Positions 21,208-34,526 are shown, numbered from the whole stretch's first letter. The stretch is 63,349 nt of DNA, filler included, from Thraustochytrium aureum (GCA_012862495.1; 7 parts of 3 records of this genome joined end to end with filler, not necessarily neighbours in it), one strand, 5' to 3'. Numbers and translations are program-made. The notes: generated by a model not told the origin, from the letters alone.

Positions 21208-21897
21208 AAAGGGTTTGCGTTGCGGCCTCGTTGTGCGAACGGCGTTGGCATGGCCTTGCGAAGCGGAGTAGCGAATTGCGTGGGGTTCTCGCGGCCTGGA
21301 GCCGCTCCTCATCGCGCCGCCGGGCAGGCTGCCAAAGGAATCGTGGCGTTGTAGCTCGAGCTGGGGAACTAGCAGGGTTGCATCGCGCCTGCGCCAGACC
21401 GCCGCGGATAACGTCCTTTCCAACTCGATCGTTGCCCTTTGCAGGCTGAGCAATGGGGAATGGCGGCCGCACAGCAGTAAGTACTACTGTACATCGAGCA
21501 GCCAAGCCAACGTTTTTTCGATTTTCTCGCTGCTCCTGACAACCCGGAATCCCCCCGTCGAACCCAGTCGCCCCACCCGCAAGGACATTCCATGGCCGCG
21601 CGATACTTTGTTAGTCGGATGGTAGGGCGAACTTGCACTTGCCGAGTCCTGCTTGCCCTGGTGATGAGTAGGTTACCGCACACGCTCATTCGAACGGATT
21701 CTTCCGGCAGCATTTCGCGCTTGGTGGACGTGCTCGCGAGTTCGACTTGGTCATCGTTCGCGTTCCCGTGCATACCGGTACGAAGTATACTTTTACTTAC
21801 TGAGCATACCGTAGGCAGCGGCCCGCAGCAGCAGCAACAGAATTCAGACTTCGAACTAAGCAGACCCTGAACGCAGCTGACGGAGCGCCGAAGGGGC

Positions 21898-22719
21898 GTG
21901 CGGCTGGTCGCTCTTCTGAAGTCCAAGCAAGGCGTTGTGCTTGGTCGCCTCCCAACGCAAGCTGGTCANNNNNNNNNNNNNNNNNNNNNNNNNNNNNNNN
22001 NNNNNNNNNNNNNNNNNNNNNNNNNNNNNNNNNNNNNNNNNNNNNNNNNNNNNNNNNNNNNNNNNNNNNNNNNNNNNNNNNNNNNNNNNNNNNNNNNNNN
22101 NNNNNNNNNNNNNNNNNNNNNNNNNNNNNNNNNNNNNNNNNNNNNNNNNNNNNNNNNNNNNNNNNNNNNNNNNNNNNNNNNNNNNNNNNNNNNNNNNNNN
22201 NNNNNNNNNNNNNNNNNNNNNNNNNNNNNNNNNNNNNNNNNNNNNNNNNNNNNNNNNNNTAAAGCCGCCGCAGAAGCTTGCTTGGAGAGACTCGGCTTCG
22301 ACGGGACAATGAGCATCACGCGCGGAAAGGTCCTGAAGGTGATAGGCGAGTCTGCCTTTGAACCGATGCAGACATGCCAGCAGGACATCTCTCAGCTGCT
22401 TGAGCGCAAATTGGAGCAGCTCAGATGCAAGTTAGACGAGCTTGTCTTGCTGAAAGTCCCGGTAGAGCATCCTGTCAGGACCTATCGAGCATTCGTCCTC
22501 GATTACGCTCGCAGCTGTCCTCCATTATCCTCATCTCTGGACAGAACGAAATCAAGCTGTTTTTGGTCTACGACTCTGGACGTCTTCACAGCTCGGGCGG
22601 GGCAGCGGCGTCCTGCTTGGCCACTGCGGCCAGCGCGACAGACTCCGATTCGGCTGACGCCACACGTCTTCTCCACGCGACAAACCCCGCCACCAAAGTG
22701 GCAACGAGTGCGAGACTAG
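21898..22719 (+). CDS. Possible hypothetical protein spanning an N gap
   Basis: Protein-like helical stretch (QQDISQLLERKLEQLRCKLDELVLLKVP), but no recognisable family, and the 3' end overlaps the opposite-strand gene. Confidence 0.25.
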   Translation: MRLVALLKSKQGVVLGRLPTQAGXXXXXXXXXXXXXXXXXXXXXXXXXXXXXXXXXXXXXXXXXXXXXXXXXXXXXXXXXXXXXXXXXXXXXXXXXXXXXXXXXXXXXXXXXXXXXXXXXXKAAAEACLERLGFDGTMSITRGKVLKVIGESAFEPMQTCQQDISQLLERKLEQLRCKLDELVLLKVPVEHPVRTYRAFVLDYARSCPPLSSSLDRTKSSCFWSTTLDVFTARAGQRRPAWPLRPARQTPIRLTPHVFSTRQTPPPKWQRVRD

Positions 22720-25700
22720 CCCCGATCCCTGCGATGGCGCCCCCGTTTACCCCCTCGTGCCCAGCCGAGCCTCGGCCAGGTCCTTCGTCTACAAAGTCAT
22801 CCTTTGCACTTGCGAAGCCAATCTTCTCGGGCACCTGACAGGACTTGGCCACGTTGTTGGCTGCCACGCGCACGTACAAGGCGAAGTTGGAGGTGGGCCG
22901 AATCAGGGTGGCTCGCGATGGCTGAAAGCATACCGGCCAAGTGTGATGTCGTAGGTTGCTAGGAGCGGGGTAGGGTCCAGCGGCTCAAGGGGTTTTTTGA
23001 TGCAGAGTCGGAACTTGCTCGGCAGGACAGTGCCGACCACGGCCTCCTCCGTAGCTTCGTTGCAGCGCAGTGCGGTCACAAGCACTTCCTGCACCGCTGC
23101 GGTTTGGACGTCTGCGATCTCAAACATATGCCGCCGCCCAGCCTCGTCAACCTTCACAAAGGGCCCTCGCGGCTGGACCTTGATCGAAACGAATTCGGCC
23201 ACCCCCTTCGTCCACTCCATGAGAAGCAGCGGCCTCCCTTCGTTGGCCAGGTTCTCGAGCACAGCTGTGTAAGCGAGCACTTCTGCGCGCGTCCCGCACT
23301 CGGCACCAACCTTTTGCGTCAGATCGATGCTGACGGTGGTGTCTGCCGATACCTCGCGGTTTTTGGCCGTGGCGACAACTTCCAGCGCGGACATCACCGG
23401 AAAGCGGATCCAGTCCGAGCCTGGGACAGGCGCGTTGAGGATCGCGTTCGAGACGTCAGTATCAACGGCGCTGAGGTAGTTGCTGAGTCCGCCGACAGGA
23501 TTCTCCCCCGCAAAGATCTCGGCAATGTTGCTGTTGCAAGACCGAGGGATCTGTAGCGCGCGATACCAGGCTTGCGAGCAGGCTGCGCGCACGACGCCCT
23601 GTTTTTGGTCGTTCGAGATGAGCGCCTCGATTCTATCCGCCACCTCGGGGCCACGCTCCAAGTTGAGCTGCGGCGCCTCGATCTGGATCAGCTCGAGCAA
23701 ATCCGAGAACTGGGCAAAAAACTCTGTGATCCCGTCATTGGAGTCCTCTGCTGCTCGGGCAATTCGTTGGGCTGCGTCTGCCCAACGTGCCAGGCTCACT
23801 GCGTGCAATNNNNNNNNNNNNNNNNNNNNNNNNNNNNNNNNNNNNNNNNNNNNNNNNNNNNNNNNNNNNNNNNNNNNNNNNNNNNNNNNNNNNNNNNNNN
23901 NNNNNNNNNNNNNNNNNNNNNNNNNNNNNNNNNNNNNNNNNNNNNNNNNNNNNNNNNNNNNNNNNNNNNNNNNNNNNNNNNNNNNNNNNNNNNNNNNNNN
24001 NNNNNNNNNNNNNNNNNNNNNNNNNNNNNNNNNNNNNNNNNNNNNNNNNNNNNNNNNNNNNNNNNNNNNNNNNNNNNNNNNNNNNNNNNNNNNNNNNNNN
24101 NNNNNNNNNNNNNNNNNNNNNNNNNNNNNNNNNNNNNNNNNNNNNNNNNNNNNNNNNNNNNNNNNNNNNNNNNNNNNNNNNNNNNNNGAAGGCTTGTACT
24201 CGGCTCCCTCCTGAAGCTTTCGGCGCGCACTCGAGTGTGCGAGGGCCACTGAAAAGTCGTCGTACATCTGTGTCGTCTTGAGGAAATAGATCATCTTGCT
24301 CTGCAGGTCGCGCCACAGGGAGCGCGAGGTCGACTCGATGAGCGAAGGGCCTGCTGGGGGGTCCTGAGAGGTCATGACGTCCAAGACCTCGAGGTACAGC
24401 ATAGTCATCGTCTCGACCAGCTTTGTAACCACTGTAGCCATCACCTCAAAGGCCTCTTTCGCGGCCGCAAGGCCTTCGTTGTGAGCGCTCTCAATCTCGG
24501 CTTGCTTGCGAGACTCGTCGATAAGCGCCAGGGCGGCACCAAAGATCTGCGATGCGCCGTCCATACCCACCTGGCCAGTCGACTTGCCGAGCTCCACCAA
24601 GTTGTCGAGGATGAACTTGACATCCGTTGGCACGTCGTCCAGCGCGGGATGGTCTGTGAGGCCCTCTCCAGACTCCTCCACCCTGCGGATAGCCGCGAGC
24701 TGCTCGTCACTCACAAAGGGCACGTCGTTGCCGTAGTCCTGCACGTAGTGATAGAACCGGTACGGCACGGCGCCAGAGCCCCGACGCGGGCCGCGTTTGA
24801 ACCTGGCTTGGAGGACGCGCTTGGCCTTTTCAACCACGTCGCCGCCGACAGCGACCTTTAGGCCCGATAGAGTGCCGAGCAGGCTAGACCCAGCCGCGCG
24901 TGCCCCGCGCTTTGCCCCTGGAATGGGCGAGATGGCGCTGAGGAGCTCCTGCCCGATGGAAAATGCGCCCCCGACAATGTCAAATACAGCTGTAACACGG
25001 GCTCGCGCGAGCTTGGCAAGCTCCTCCTTCTTTCGGCACTCGTAAAAGTCCTTGGTCGTAGTTGAGAGCAATGCGGAAGTCGCCACCAAGCCGGACATGG
25101 TCTCGTCAAAGCCTTCTCGATCTGCCTTGATGCGCGCGAATACCCCACTCAACTTGTCCTGTTCGTCTGCGACAAGCAAGTCGGCCGCCGCGCTGCGAGC
25201 GTCCGCGTCCTTTGCCATGCTGCTTGCAAGCGCAGCGAATTGCTTGGCCTGCAGGCTGGACACGGCGGTCCCCACGTGCGTGATGAGGCCGCCAAGCGCG
25301 CTGAGCGCGATCTTGGTGCCGTCAAACCCGCTCGAAATCTGGTCTCGGAGCGACGACCACGACCCGTGAATCGCCACGGATAGCTGGCCGTACGTGTCCT
25401 TGATGTGATCGAGTATCTGCTCCCTGTCGAGGTCGTTTTTGATGCGCTCGAGGCTTCCCGGGCAAGCTGCGGTCCGGCACACGCGCGACACGATGCTGCG
25501 GGAGTGGAGCTCCTCGAGGTCCAGCTTGGAGACCTCGCGCGCGAGAAAATCAAGCCTGCTCGCCGTGCTATCGGCGATGCTCAGGTACGCGCTCGCGTCG
25601 CCCTCGCGTACGACAAGGCCAAGGCGGTGCCCGCGCATCGCAATGTCGCGAACTGCCTTGAGCGCGTGAAATGCTGCGCGCCGGTCTGACTCGATCCACA

Positions 25701-28194
25701 TGCCGACCGTGACCGCATCCCGCGCAGCGGCCAACATCGAGATGGCAAGCGGCGTTCCCGCGATCTCCTGAACAACTGCGCAGTACGCAGTGGCCGCGAC
25801 CATTGTGGCCCAGGAAGAGCGCTCGAAGGCGGCGCAAGGCGTATTGGGTGCCGAGCGAACGGCACCCGCTGGGCAGTCCAAGCTCAGCGCCGCCCGCACG
25901 CAGACCTCAAAGAGGGCTTTTGGCGAGAAGAAGCGCTTGTAATTCACCAAGTCGAGGCTGTGGAGCGGGTTGTACGTCGGCAGGAACGCCGCGTCAGGCG
26001 AGAGCTGCGGCGGTGGCGGTGGGACGAACGAGTGCGCCTCCTTGGCAGGCAGCCCGCTACATACAGCCGCAGCCATATACTTGGTCGAAATCACGTGCTG
26101 AGATCCGCGTTGGAGCACAGCGACCAGAACGCCATCCAGGAAAACATGCGCGTTCTCAACGTGATCGGTCGACGCGCCACCGGCCGTCCAAACGCGGATC
26201 TCCGCAACAGAGTCGGCGTGATCGCGGACGTATTGTGTCGTTAGCCAAGGCCCTGAGCTCTTGGTCGTCTCGGAACACGATCCCGGCACGCTTGCATCCT
26301 GCGCAGTGTACGCGATGCCGTCCACGGCGAGCCCTGCTGACCAGTCGCCATTCTGCGAGCTCTGCGAGGCCCCGATAAACCGAACCCGCCTCTCGCTCTT
26401 GGTCGTGGCCTCCACTTCGCAAACAGACAAGGTCTTGTTGGCGCCTGGCAGCCAAATCCGGATGGTTCCAAGTGCTGTGCAGCGTCCTTCGGAGGGGATC
26501 ATTTGCATCGTGGCGGAGAGCTGTGCCAGCGAGCGCCTCCTCTCCATGCGGTCCTCCGGTGCAGATTCCAGAAGCGCGTCTATGGCGTCGTTCATCTCTT
26601 TGAACAGGTCCGGAAACACCCGCTCAGCAAAAGCGTTGGCTCCCGAGCTGCTCAGTACGGTGGCCAAGAGCCCGTCCATGCACTCTGCTAAAACCTCAAC
26701 GCGTCGGTCGAGTTCGTCTTGCCCGACTTCGCCGCCCTCCTCTACAGTACCTCTTAGAAAATGATGCATGGCGGGCACGCTGAGCAACGGGCTGCACCTG
26801 TCGTTCTCTGTGTCCCAGATGAGTGACAAACCTTGCGGCATTGGCGAGCAAGCGGTGCTTCCAGTTTCGTACGTGGTCGTCCCAGCAGGGCATCGAGCAC
26901 ATGTAGTCGTGTTGGAGACGTTTGGAAGAGCGCCAAGCGGACAGGCGAGACAAGAAGCCTGACCATCGAGAACGCCAAACCCTCCTACACAGGGTATGCA
27001 CGAGGCACCCCCGAACTCGGGGTTGTGAGTTCCGACAGCGCATGGCTTCACGGAAGTCCGCGCGAGGGAGGCCACGGCATACCCAGGAGGCACTAGTTTG
27101 CAATCCTCCTGCCCGAGCTCATCTTGGTACAAACCCACATCGCATGGGGTTGGCTTGACGGACTCCCTCGGACATTTGTGCCCAGCGGGGCAGAGCAGCT
27201 TCTCACCAGTTGGCGGGCAGTAGAAACCCTGTGGGCAAGGGCTGCAAACGCTCTGTCCCGCTTGACTGTTCTGCTCGCACGGTCTGCAGTTGGTTTGCCC
27301 CGCTGCGGGTTGAAAAGTGCGCTCAGGGCATTCATGGCAATGCTTGGGGCCAGTCTGCGGCCCTTCGCCCTTGAAACCAGCACTGCACAGGGTGCAGGAC
27401 GAGGCGCCTGCAGTTGACCACGAACCTGGCGCGCAACTCGAGCAACTTGTGGACCCGGCTTTTGAAAAACTGCCGGCCTCGCACTTGGTACAGCTCGTAG
27501 CGCTGGTCCTCCACCAGCCTGCTGCGCACGGCACGCACAGTCCTCCGTTGGATAGGGGGTCCCTCTTTTGCGTTGTGCTGCTGCAGGTCTTACAACCAGT
27601 TCGTGCAGTGTCTGGCTCCTGCCCAGCGCCGCAATGCATCACAGAAGAAGTGCCATTGCAGTACCGCCCTGTCGGGCATTCGCGACAAACCCTGTCGTTC
27701 TCCCGATTGCACGCCCGAAGTCGCTGCATTGACTTGGGGCAAGCGCTGCAATCGCTGATCCACAGCGTAAACCTTTTCGACCAGATAAGTAAGCCAACGT
27801 TTGGTACTCCATGCTTGGCCTTCACGCTGACCAATGTCACCATGCTCCTCGCGCTTTCAGGCATAGTAAGGATCGGCAAGGGCGAGCATGGAAGTTTCTG
27901 TGGGTCGGTTGTCGCGCTAAACGAACATGCGGAAGGTATGAAGACAGAAATTGGGCCGGGCGCATCGCTGAGGACGTAGTGCACTGAATCCGACGGTGCC
28001 CCGACCGTTGGGGTCAGGTCGGCCCAAACTCCATCTGTTGGTTTCATCGACGTCCACACCCGCGCTTTAGTGTTCATGAGACTAAAAGTGAGATCGTCGT
28101 CGAATACCTTCGCCGCGTCGGAAAGGCCAACGGCAAGAAACAGCAGGAATATGAATGCGAAGAAAGCGTGGCGTCCATCGATGGGTTGGACCAT
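22586..28194 (-). CDS. Giant type I membrane/surface protein: signal peptide, TNFR/ephrin-receptor-like (GCC2/GCC3) Cys-rich repeats, F-type-lectin-like module, long helical region, C-terminal TM (gap at 23809-24187; frameshift near 22900)
   Basis: Signal peptide MVQPIDGRHAFFAFIFLLFLAVGLSDA. Repeats of the type CEAGSFSKAGSTSCSSCAPGSWS. Lectin-like ASQSS..AGLAVDG..CSETT..PW. TM GAIAGIGASLALVATLVAGFVAWRRR in the 22586-22879 frame. Confidence 0.8.
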
Positions 28195-30152
28195 TGTCGA
28201 GATCGTTGACCTTTGCGCGTAAACGCCGTCCCACGTTCTGCGTTGCAATCGGATGTAAGTATGTCGCCGGCTTGCCCGCTTTCGTAAAGACCGAATCCGC
28301 AACTCTGATCGGGTCTGCTGGTTATCGAGCTTCCTTCAATGCGATTGCAGATCCAACGAAACGTCGAGCCCGTTCGCACCTGGTTTCTCGCTCTTGTTGC
28401 TGCTGCTGCTGTTGATGCTGCAGACACTGTTGATGCTGCAGACGCAGCTCAAGTTTGAGTGCTGGCTTTGTCACATCGCTTCACTCTTCCTGGGCTAGCT
28501 TCGGTCTTCCATGGCTGGCCGCCTCAACGTAAGAGCGCGTTGCTCGCGCACGCGATTATCCGCTCCGCGCGTGGCCGAATTCGCACGAGTCGCCGCTTTT
28601 CGTCGCAGGGGAGGGGGGCGGGGGGGCGGCAACCATCCGTGCTGGCCAAGCCGGGGATGCACTTGTACGTTGATTTTAATTTAAAGCATGCTACGCTCAA
28701 GGACGTGAGCAAGGGTGTCGTCTCGGTGAGGAAGCCAGATCGATAAACTTTGCAGGGCGGGCATGCGCTGGGGCGTCCAAGACAAAAAAGCCAATTCTAC
28801 ACACCCGCTGCGGCCGAGCCAACAAGATCGAACCCGCTTGGCCCGAGGGCATTGCTGGCCGCGTCCATCGCGGCTGATCGACCATGTCAGAAAAACCAGC
28901 AGCTTTAGACGCGCAACGTACGGGGTTTTCATATCTCTGATCAAGCACGAGCTGGTACACTGCGATCATCATGATGCCCGCGCGCGTCCGTGCACTTGAG
29001 GTGCCACAGTGATCAGCTCACCCTGGAGTTTTTGTGGCGGCGCTCGTGCCATTGGCTCGGAGTCTCGTTCAATCCTGCCACGTCTTTTGCGGTGAGAATT
29101 CTGTTCTGGCTTTTCCTTGGACACTTTGCGACACGCGACAACTTCCCGAGTCAAGCTCTTTCATGAAATACTCGTGCACTCCCTGGTAAAGTACCGAGAA
29201 AGGGAGTACTCTACGGTACGAGTACGGTGCTCGATGAACGAGAATCGCTGTTGCTCGAGTACCTTCTTGGCGAGGCATAGAGGTCAGCGGCGAATCCTGG
29301 AGACACGACACCCCACTCGGCGGCACCCTCCCGACGGCCACGCGGTAGGATCCGACCGCCGCCCTGCAAACCCGCTTCGCAAGCAGCAAGCGGGCGCCTG
29401 GCGACCGACAGAGCAAACCACGCTCAGAGCGACGCCAGACCGCAGGGTGAGCAAGCAACCGGCGACTCTCCCAGGGACCGCGGCGCGGGCTAGGTACCCG
29501 CGGAATTTTTTTAAGTTTAGGTCTCGGGGGGTGTTCTGCGTGTACGACTCGCGCATGCGCCCTCGAGACCGCTGATCAATCCATGCTTTCCCAGAAACGT
29601 GGAATACTCTGGGTACTCCTCGGAGAAAAAAACAGAATCCGTTGGCCTTCATGNNNNNNNNNNNNNNNNNNNNNNNNNNNNNNNNNNNNNNNNNNNNTTA
29701 ATTAATTAANNNNNNNNNNNNNNNNNNNNNNNNNNNNNNNNNNNNNNNNNNNNAGCCACACGCGGATACAGTGCAGAGCGTGTACATTGCGTGTGAAGGT
29801 AGACCGAGGGCTATCGTATCACGCTCGCCTGGATCCGCGCAGGGTACACGGAGGCATTCTGTGTTGTGCTACGGACAACAAGGCGGGTGGGACGTTCGAG
29901 TAACGACGGCGGCTTGTCGCTCCTCAGGCTTCGTGAAACTCGAGCTGCTTGATGTGAGGCGATTCCTGAAACTCTCAGGCGATTCCTGAAGCTCGTGCCG
30001 ACTTGCTGCACGGGTTCGCCCGCTCTCACGCCCTGCAGGGCGAACTCGAAGCAAACCACCTCCAAGTGGTTGTCGGATTACATTTTGTAAACATTACATA
30101 CTCGCCAGTCCAGTCGCTCGGCAGTCCCCCAACTTCAAGTTGAAGTGCAACG

Positions 30153-31128
30153 ATGAGCCAACTCCACAAGACCCAAGTCAAGGCGGCTACCGCAAGCCTA
30201 CTCAAGGTCCTTTTTGATCGAGGACTCCACCAAGAACGGAATCGTGTCCACAAGCATTGCAATAAGGTCTTCCAGTGGCTGACGGGCCGACGTCGTGACG
30301 ATGTAGCTAGGTACCTCCGCATGGCGCGCAGTGTGTGTTCGCGGGTGCAGCTCAGCGCGGCCGAGCAAGAAACGGTCGAACAAGCTATCCGAAGCCTCGA
30401 ACGAGCCACCCAAGAGGCCCAAGGCGATGAGGTACAGCTGCTCGGGGCGACCCCGGTTCTGAGCCGGAGGATGATGACGAAGAGTAGATGAACTCGAAAG
30501 AGCACACCAACGCCGCGGGACTGTTCGCCCGAGAGAGGACGACGCCGAGGGAGTGCCGCCGCCGTCACGAGCCCGGCGGGAGCCCACAGTTCCACTCGCC
30601 ACCCCCACGCGTGAGCGCCTTGAAGCGGAGCAGAGGGCGAAGTACGCGAGCCAGCGCGGTTATTTTCACCGGGAGTTGATCAGACGGGCCAGGCTTGCCC
30701 AGTTCCCTAACAACCGAGGAGACCTGCCTTACCACCTTCTTCAGTATGCAGCGATGGGCTACGAGACCTGCCACGTGTTCAAGGAAATGCCAATCGTGGT
30801 GCACATCGACTTCCTCTCGCCAACCCGTGACGTGCTCGCGGCTCTCTGCGATGCCGGCCAAGACACAGCAAAGGAAATCCAGGCGGCGAGGCGCTGGGCT
30901 GACGCCGTTTCCACTCGCGCTCTCCGCGGTACGATCGTCAGGATCCAGAATGCATCCAACACAAACCACAACGCGTTCAAGGAGCTGACAAAGCTGTCAC
31001 TTACGGCTGGCGACTCCAGCGCAAGAGAGATCAACAAGTGGGCCAAGCGCCTGAAGGGCCTCATGGCGAACCAGTACATGAGGCACGCCATGGACATCTG
31101 CCTCGAGATGCTCGAGAGCCGTCGTTGA
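30153..31128 (+). CDS. Hypothetical helical protein, split over frames (30153-30491 and ~30478-31128); possibly a pseudogene
   Basis: Two adjacent protein-like ORFs with an acidic linker readable in a third frame (EPEDDDEE). No family recognised. Confidence 0.4.
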
Positions 31129-31626
31129 GCGAACCTCGGCCGGTGTCCGCGGCAGAATCGATGAATGCGCCTGGGAGAGCACGGACGCCTCGCGCGCGAC
31201 CGCCGGCAACCGCTACTTCAAGTTAATCAATCATCTACAGTAAGAATGAAACACACTGTGTACGAATAGACCGCTCGTTTCAACAGCCTTGTCCTCCTCG
31301 TCCCCATCCGCCGCGACCTTGCCGCCCAGCGTCTCCCACCAGCTCGACACGGAAGCCCCCTTTTGTGACGAGCCAAACCTGCCGTTTGCGCAACGTCGGG
31401 TACCTGACGAACGCGTGGAACGAGCAGAGTATCTTCTCAGGACACAGGGAAGAAGAGCAGCAGACGCCGAACGCAGGAGCGCGAGCGCGCGGCGATCGGC
31501 GCGAGGCAGTGCAGCGCGTGCGCAGACTGCGGCTGGGAGCGATTGCGTGAAGGCTCGCGCACTTTTTCGCGACGCGCTGCGACTCGCTCTGACCGGGCGC
31601 TCGGCGGCGCCGCAACGAACGCAAGG

Positions 31627-34380
31627 ATGGCCAGCAAACAGCAGCAAGGGCAGCAAGTCGGCAAGGCGTACGCCGGAATGGACGGGCAGGAGGATGCTGC
31701 CAGGAGGCTGCAGGAGGCGATGCGCAGCGTGGAGGAGAGCGCGTTTCACATGAACAGGGCCGTCGACGCCAACAACCTGGACGAGGCGATCAAACAAGCC
31801 GTCAAAATGCTGCGCGAGCTCCGCGTGGGCATCCTCTCTCCAAAGTCGTACTATGAGCTCTGGATGAAGATATTCGACCACCTGCGGCAGCTTCACGCCT
31901 ACTTTTTGGAGGTCAACAAGGGCGGGTTGCCGATGGCAGACCTGTACCAAAAGGTCCAGGCGACAAACCACATCATCCCGCGGCTGTATCTGATGATAAC
32001 GGTTGGGTCGGCCTTCATCATCCGGCAGGAGGCCCCCACGAAGGACGTGCTGCAGGACCTGATCGAGATGTCCAAGGGGGTCCAGCACCCTATGCGCGGC
32101 TTGTTTTTGCGCAACTACTTGCTCAAGATGACACAGGACAAGCTTTCCAGCGAGTTTGACGCCTCCACCGACTTTAGTGTCTCGTACGTCCTTCAAAATT
32201 TTGGCGAAATGAACCGCCTGTGGGTCCGCATGCAGCACCAGGGCAATGCCAAGAACCGCGCACGGCGCGAAAAGGAGCGGCAGGACCTCAAGGTCCTCAT
32301 CTCCTTCAACCTGGTGCGGCTGAGTGAGTTTGAGGGCATGTCGGTCACCGTGTACAAGTCGACCGTGCTGGACCGCATCCTGGACCTCGTCACGAGTTGC
32401 AAAGACCGCATCGCCCAGCAGTACCTCCTCGACGTGCTCGTGCAGGTCTTCCCGGCAACCTACCACCTCGCCACGCTCGACAAGCTTTTCGCCTCGTTCG
32501 AGCACCTCGAGGCAGGGGTCGACCTCAAGGCCATCCTCATCAGTATTATGGAGCGCCTCAAGTACACCGAGGAGGACGACGAGGAGGACGAGGAGGTCGA
32601 GAGCGGCGACGCGCAGGCGGCCGCGATCTCTACTCCCGAGCCCACGCCAGTCGCGATTGCCCAAGCAGGAAGCGGCGACTCTGCGTTAGACGCAAAGGCG
32701 GAGGGCGTGGACGCGCTGCTGGCGGACGGCGAGGTCGAGGCCCAGTCGGCTGGGGATGGCGACGCCGTGGCCGAAGCTGTGGCCGAGGCGCCAACAGCCG
32801 CGGGGGAGGTAGTCGTGGACAATGGCAGAGTGCCAGCCGCTGCCTTCACCCGACTGAACGAGTGCATCAAGAAAATCATGTCGCAGCGAAACGACACGAC
32901 CGCGGAAGACGTGCTGGACCTGCAAATCGCCCTGCTCGACTTTGTTGTTGCATGCTACCCCGGCCAGCTTGACTACATCGACAACGTGCTCGGGTTTTGC
33001 GCCGAGTACCTCGAGGACCCCGCCAAGCAACAGCAGCAGCCGCAGCAGAGCCCCAACGTCGTTGACACCCTCGTCGTGCAGCTTCTCAAGGTTCCGCTGC
33101 GACAGGAGGAGCTCGGCTCGGTCGATCTCCTCGGGCTTTCTCACTTTCCCGCCCTCATGGAGCGTCTCTCGTGGGAGAGCAAGAAAAAGGTCGCGTTTGG
33201 CTTTTTGCAGCACGTCCTCGCGGAGGCGGGGCTTGTCCTGGATTCCGAGGAAACAGCGACCAAGCTGCTAGCCTTCATCTCGCCGCTGATAAAGGACGAC
33301 GAAGACGCCGCCACGGACGGCCACGACGCCGGAGCGTCTGCTTTTGAAGAGCAGCAAGGCGCGGTCGCCAAGCTCGTCAGCCGCTTTGGGGGTGCCGACT
33401 CGTCCACCTTGTTCAAGATCCTCGGTGTGGCTCGCAAGCATTTTGGCAAGGGCGGCGTTAAGCGCATCCGTTACACGCTCGTGCCGCTCTGTTTTCGCTA
33501 CCTGATGCTAGCCGACCGGCTCGTGAACGAGGCCGCCGAGGGCGGCGCATCGCCCTTGTCGGCCGAGGGTGAGGCTGCTGCCGCCGCCGACGAAGACGAC
33601 GACGACATGGCCCGCATGGTGCGACAGCAGCAGTCCGGCGCGGTCAGCGTCCGCAAAGTGTTCCAGTACGTGCACGAGACGTGCTCGGCCCTCGCCGGCG
33701 TTGTCGTGCTCCAGGACGTCGCACTCCGCATGTTTCTCCAAGCTGCCCTGTCAGCCGACCGCGCTGGAGAGCAAGAGGTGGCCTACGAGTTTATGGCTCA
33801 GGCCTTTACGTTGTATGAGGAGATCGCGGATTCAAAAGAGCAGCTGCGCACCCCTGCCGCTCCTCGTGGGCACGCTGCAGAGCACGACGGTTTTTGACAA
33901 GGAGAGCTACGAGACACTGATCACGAAAACGACCCAGTACGCCGCCCGCCTCCTCAAGAAGACGGACCAGTGCAAGATGGTGCTCACCTGTTCGCACTTG
34001 TTTTGGGCCCTCGAGCCCCGCGGGAGCTCCGANAGGGGGAGGAACCGCCTGCGGCCGGCCAGGATAGCAAGCGTGCGCTCGAGTGCCTTAAGCGCTCGCT
34101 GAAGATCGCCGACAGCTGCGTTGCTTCCTCGCTGCACGTCTCCCTCTTTGTCGAGATCCTCAACCGCTACATCTATTTTTTCGAGAAGGGGATGGACAAG
34201 ATCACCGCCCAGAACGTGACCGACCTCGTCACGCTCATCCAGGGCAACCTCGCCGACGTGCCGGGCGACGACGACGAGAAAGTCTCGATGGAGGCCTTTT
34301 TCCAAAAGACGCTGCAACATCTGCGTGCTGTAAAATCCAAGCACGCTGGGAACGACAAGTTTGCTGCGCTCGCGGTGTAA
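31627..34380 (+). CDS. VPS35: Vacuolar protein sorting 35 (retromer subunit); frameshifts near 33852 and at the n at 34033
   Basis: MLRELRVGILSPKSYYELWM, DLYQKVQ..IIPRLYLMITVG, GVQHPMRGLFLRNYL, NFGEMNRLWVRMQHQG..RREKERQDL, KHFGKGGVKRIRYTL, ARLLKKTDQC..CSHLFW, ALECLKRSLKIAD..LFVEILNRYIYFF. Confidence 0.97.
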
Positions 34381-34526
34381 CCATCCTGGCGTGCCGGAGC
34401 GCCTGCACTAGATTGCTCTAGACGCCTTTAAGGAACGTTTCGTCGCAAGTAGTGTGCCGTTTTCTGCCAGCTATTCCTTGCCCGGATCTTGGCGCTGCAA
34501 CCGCTGAACGAACGGAAATTTTGCTG

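Noticed and set aside
28400..29653. Short ORFs upstream of the giant surface protein
   Set aside because: No coherent reading frame or family signal; treated as intergenic.
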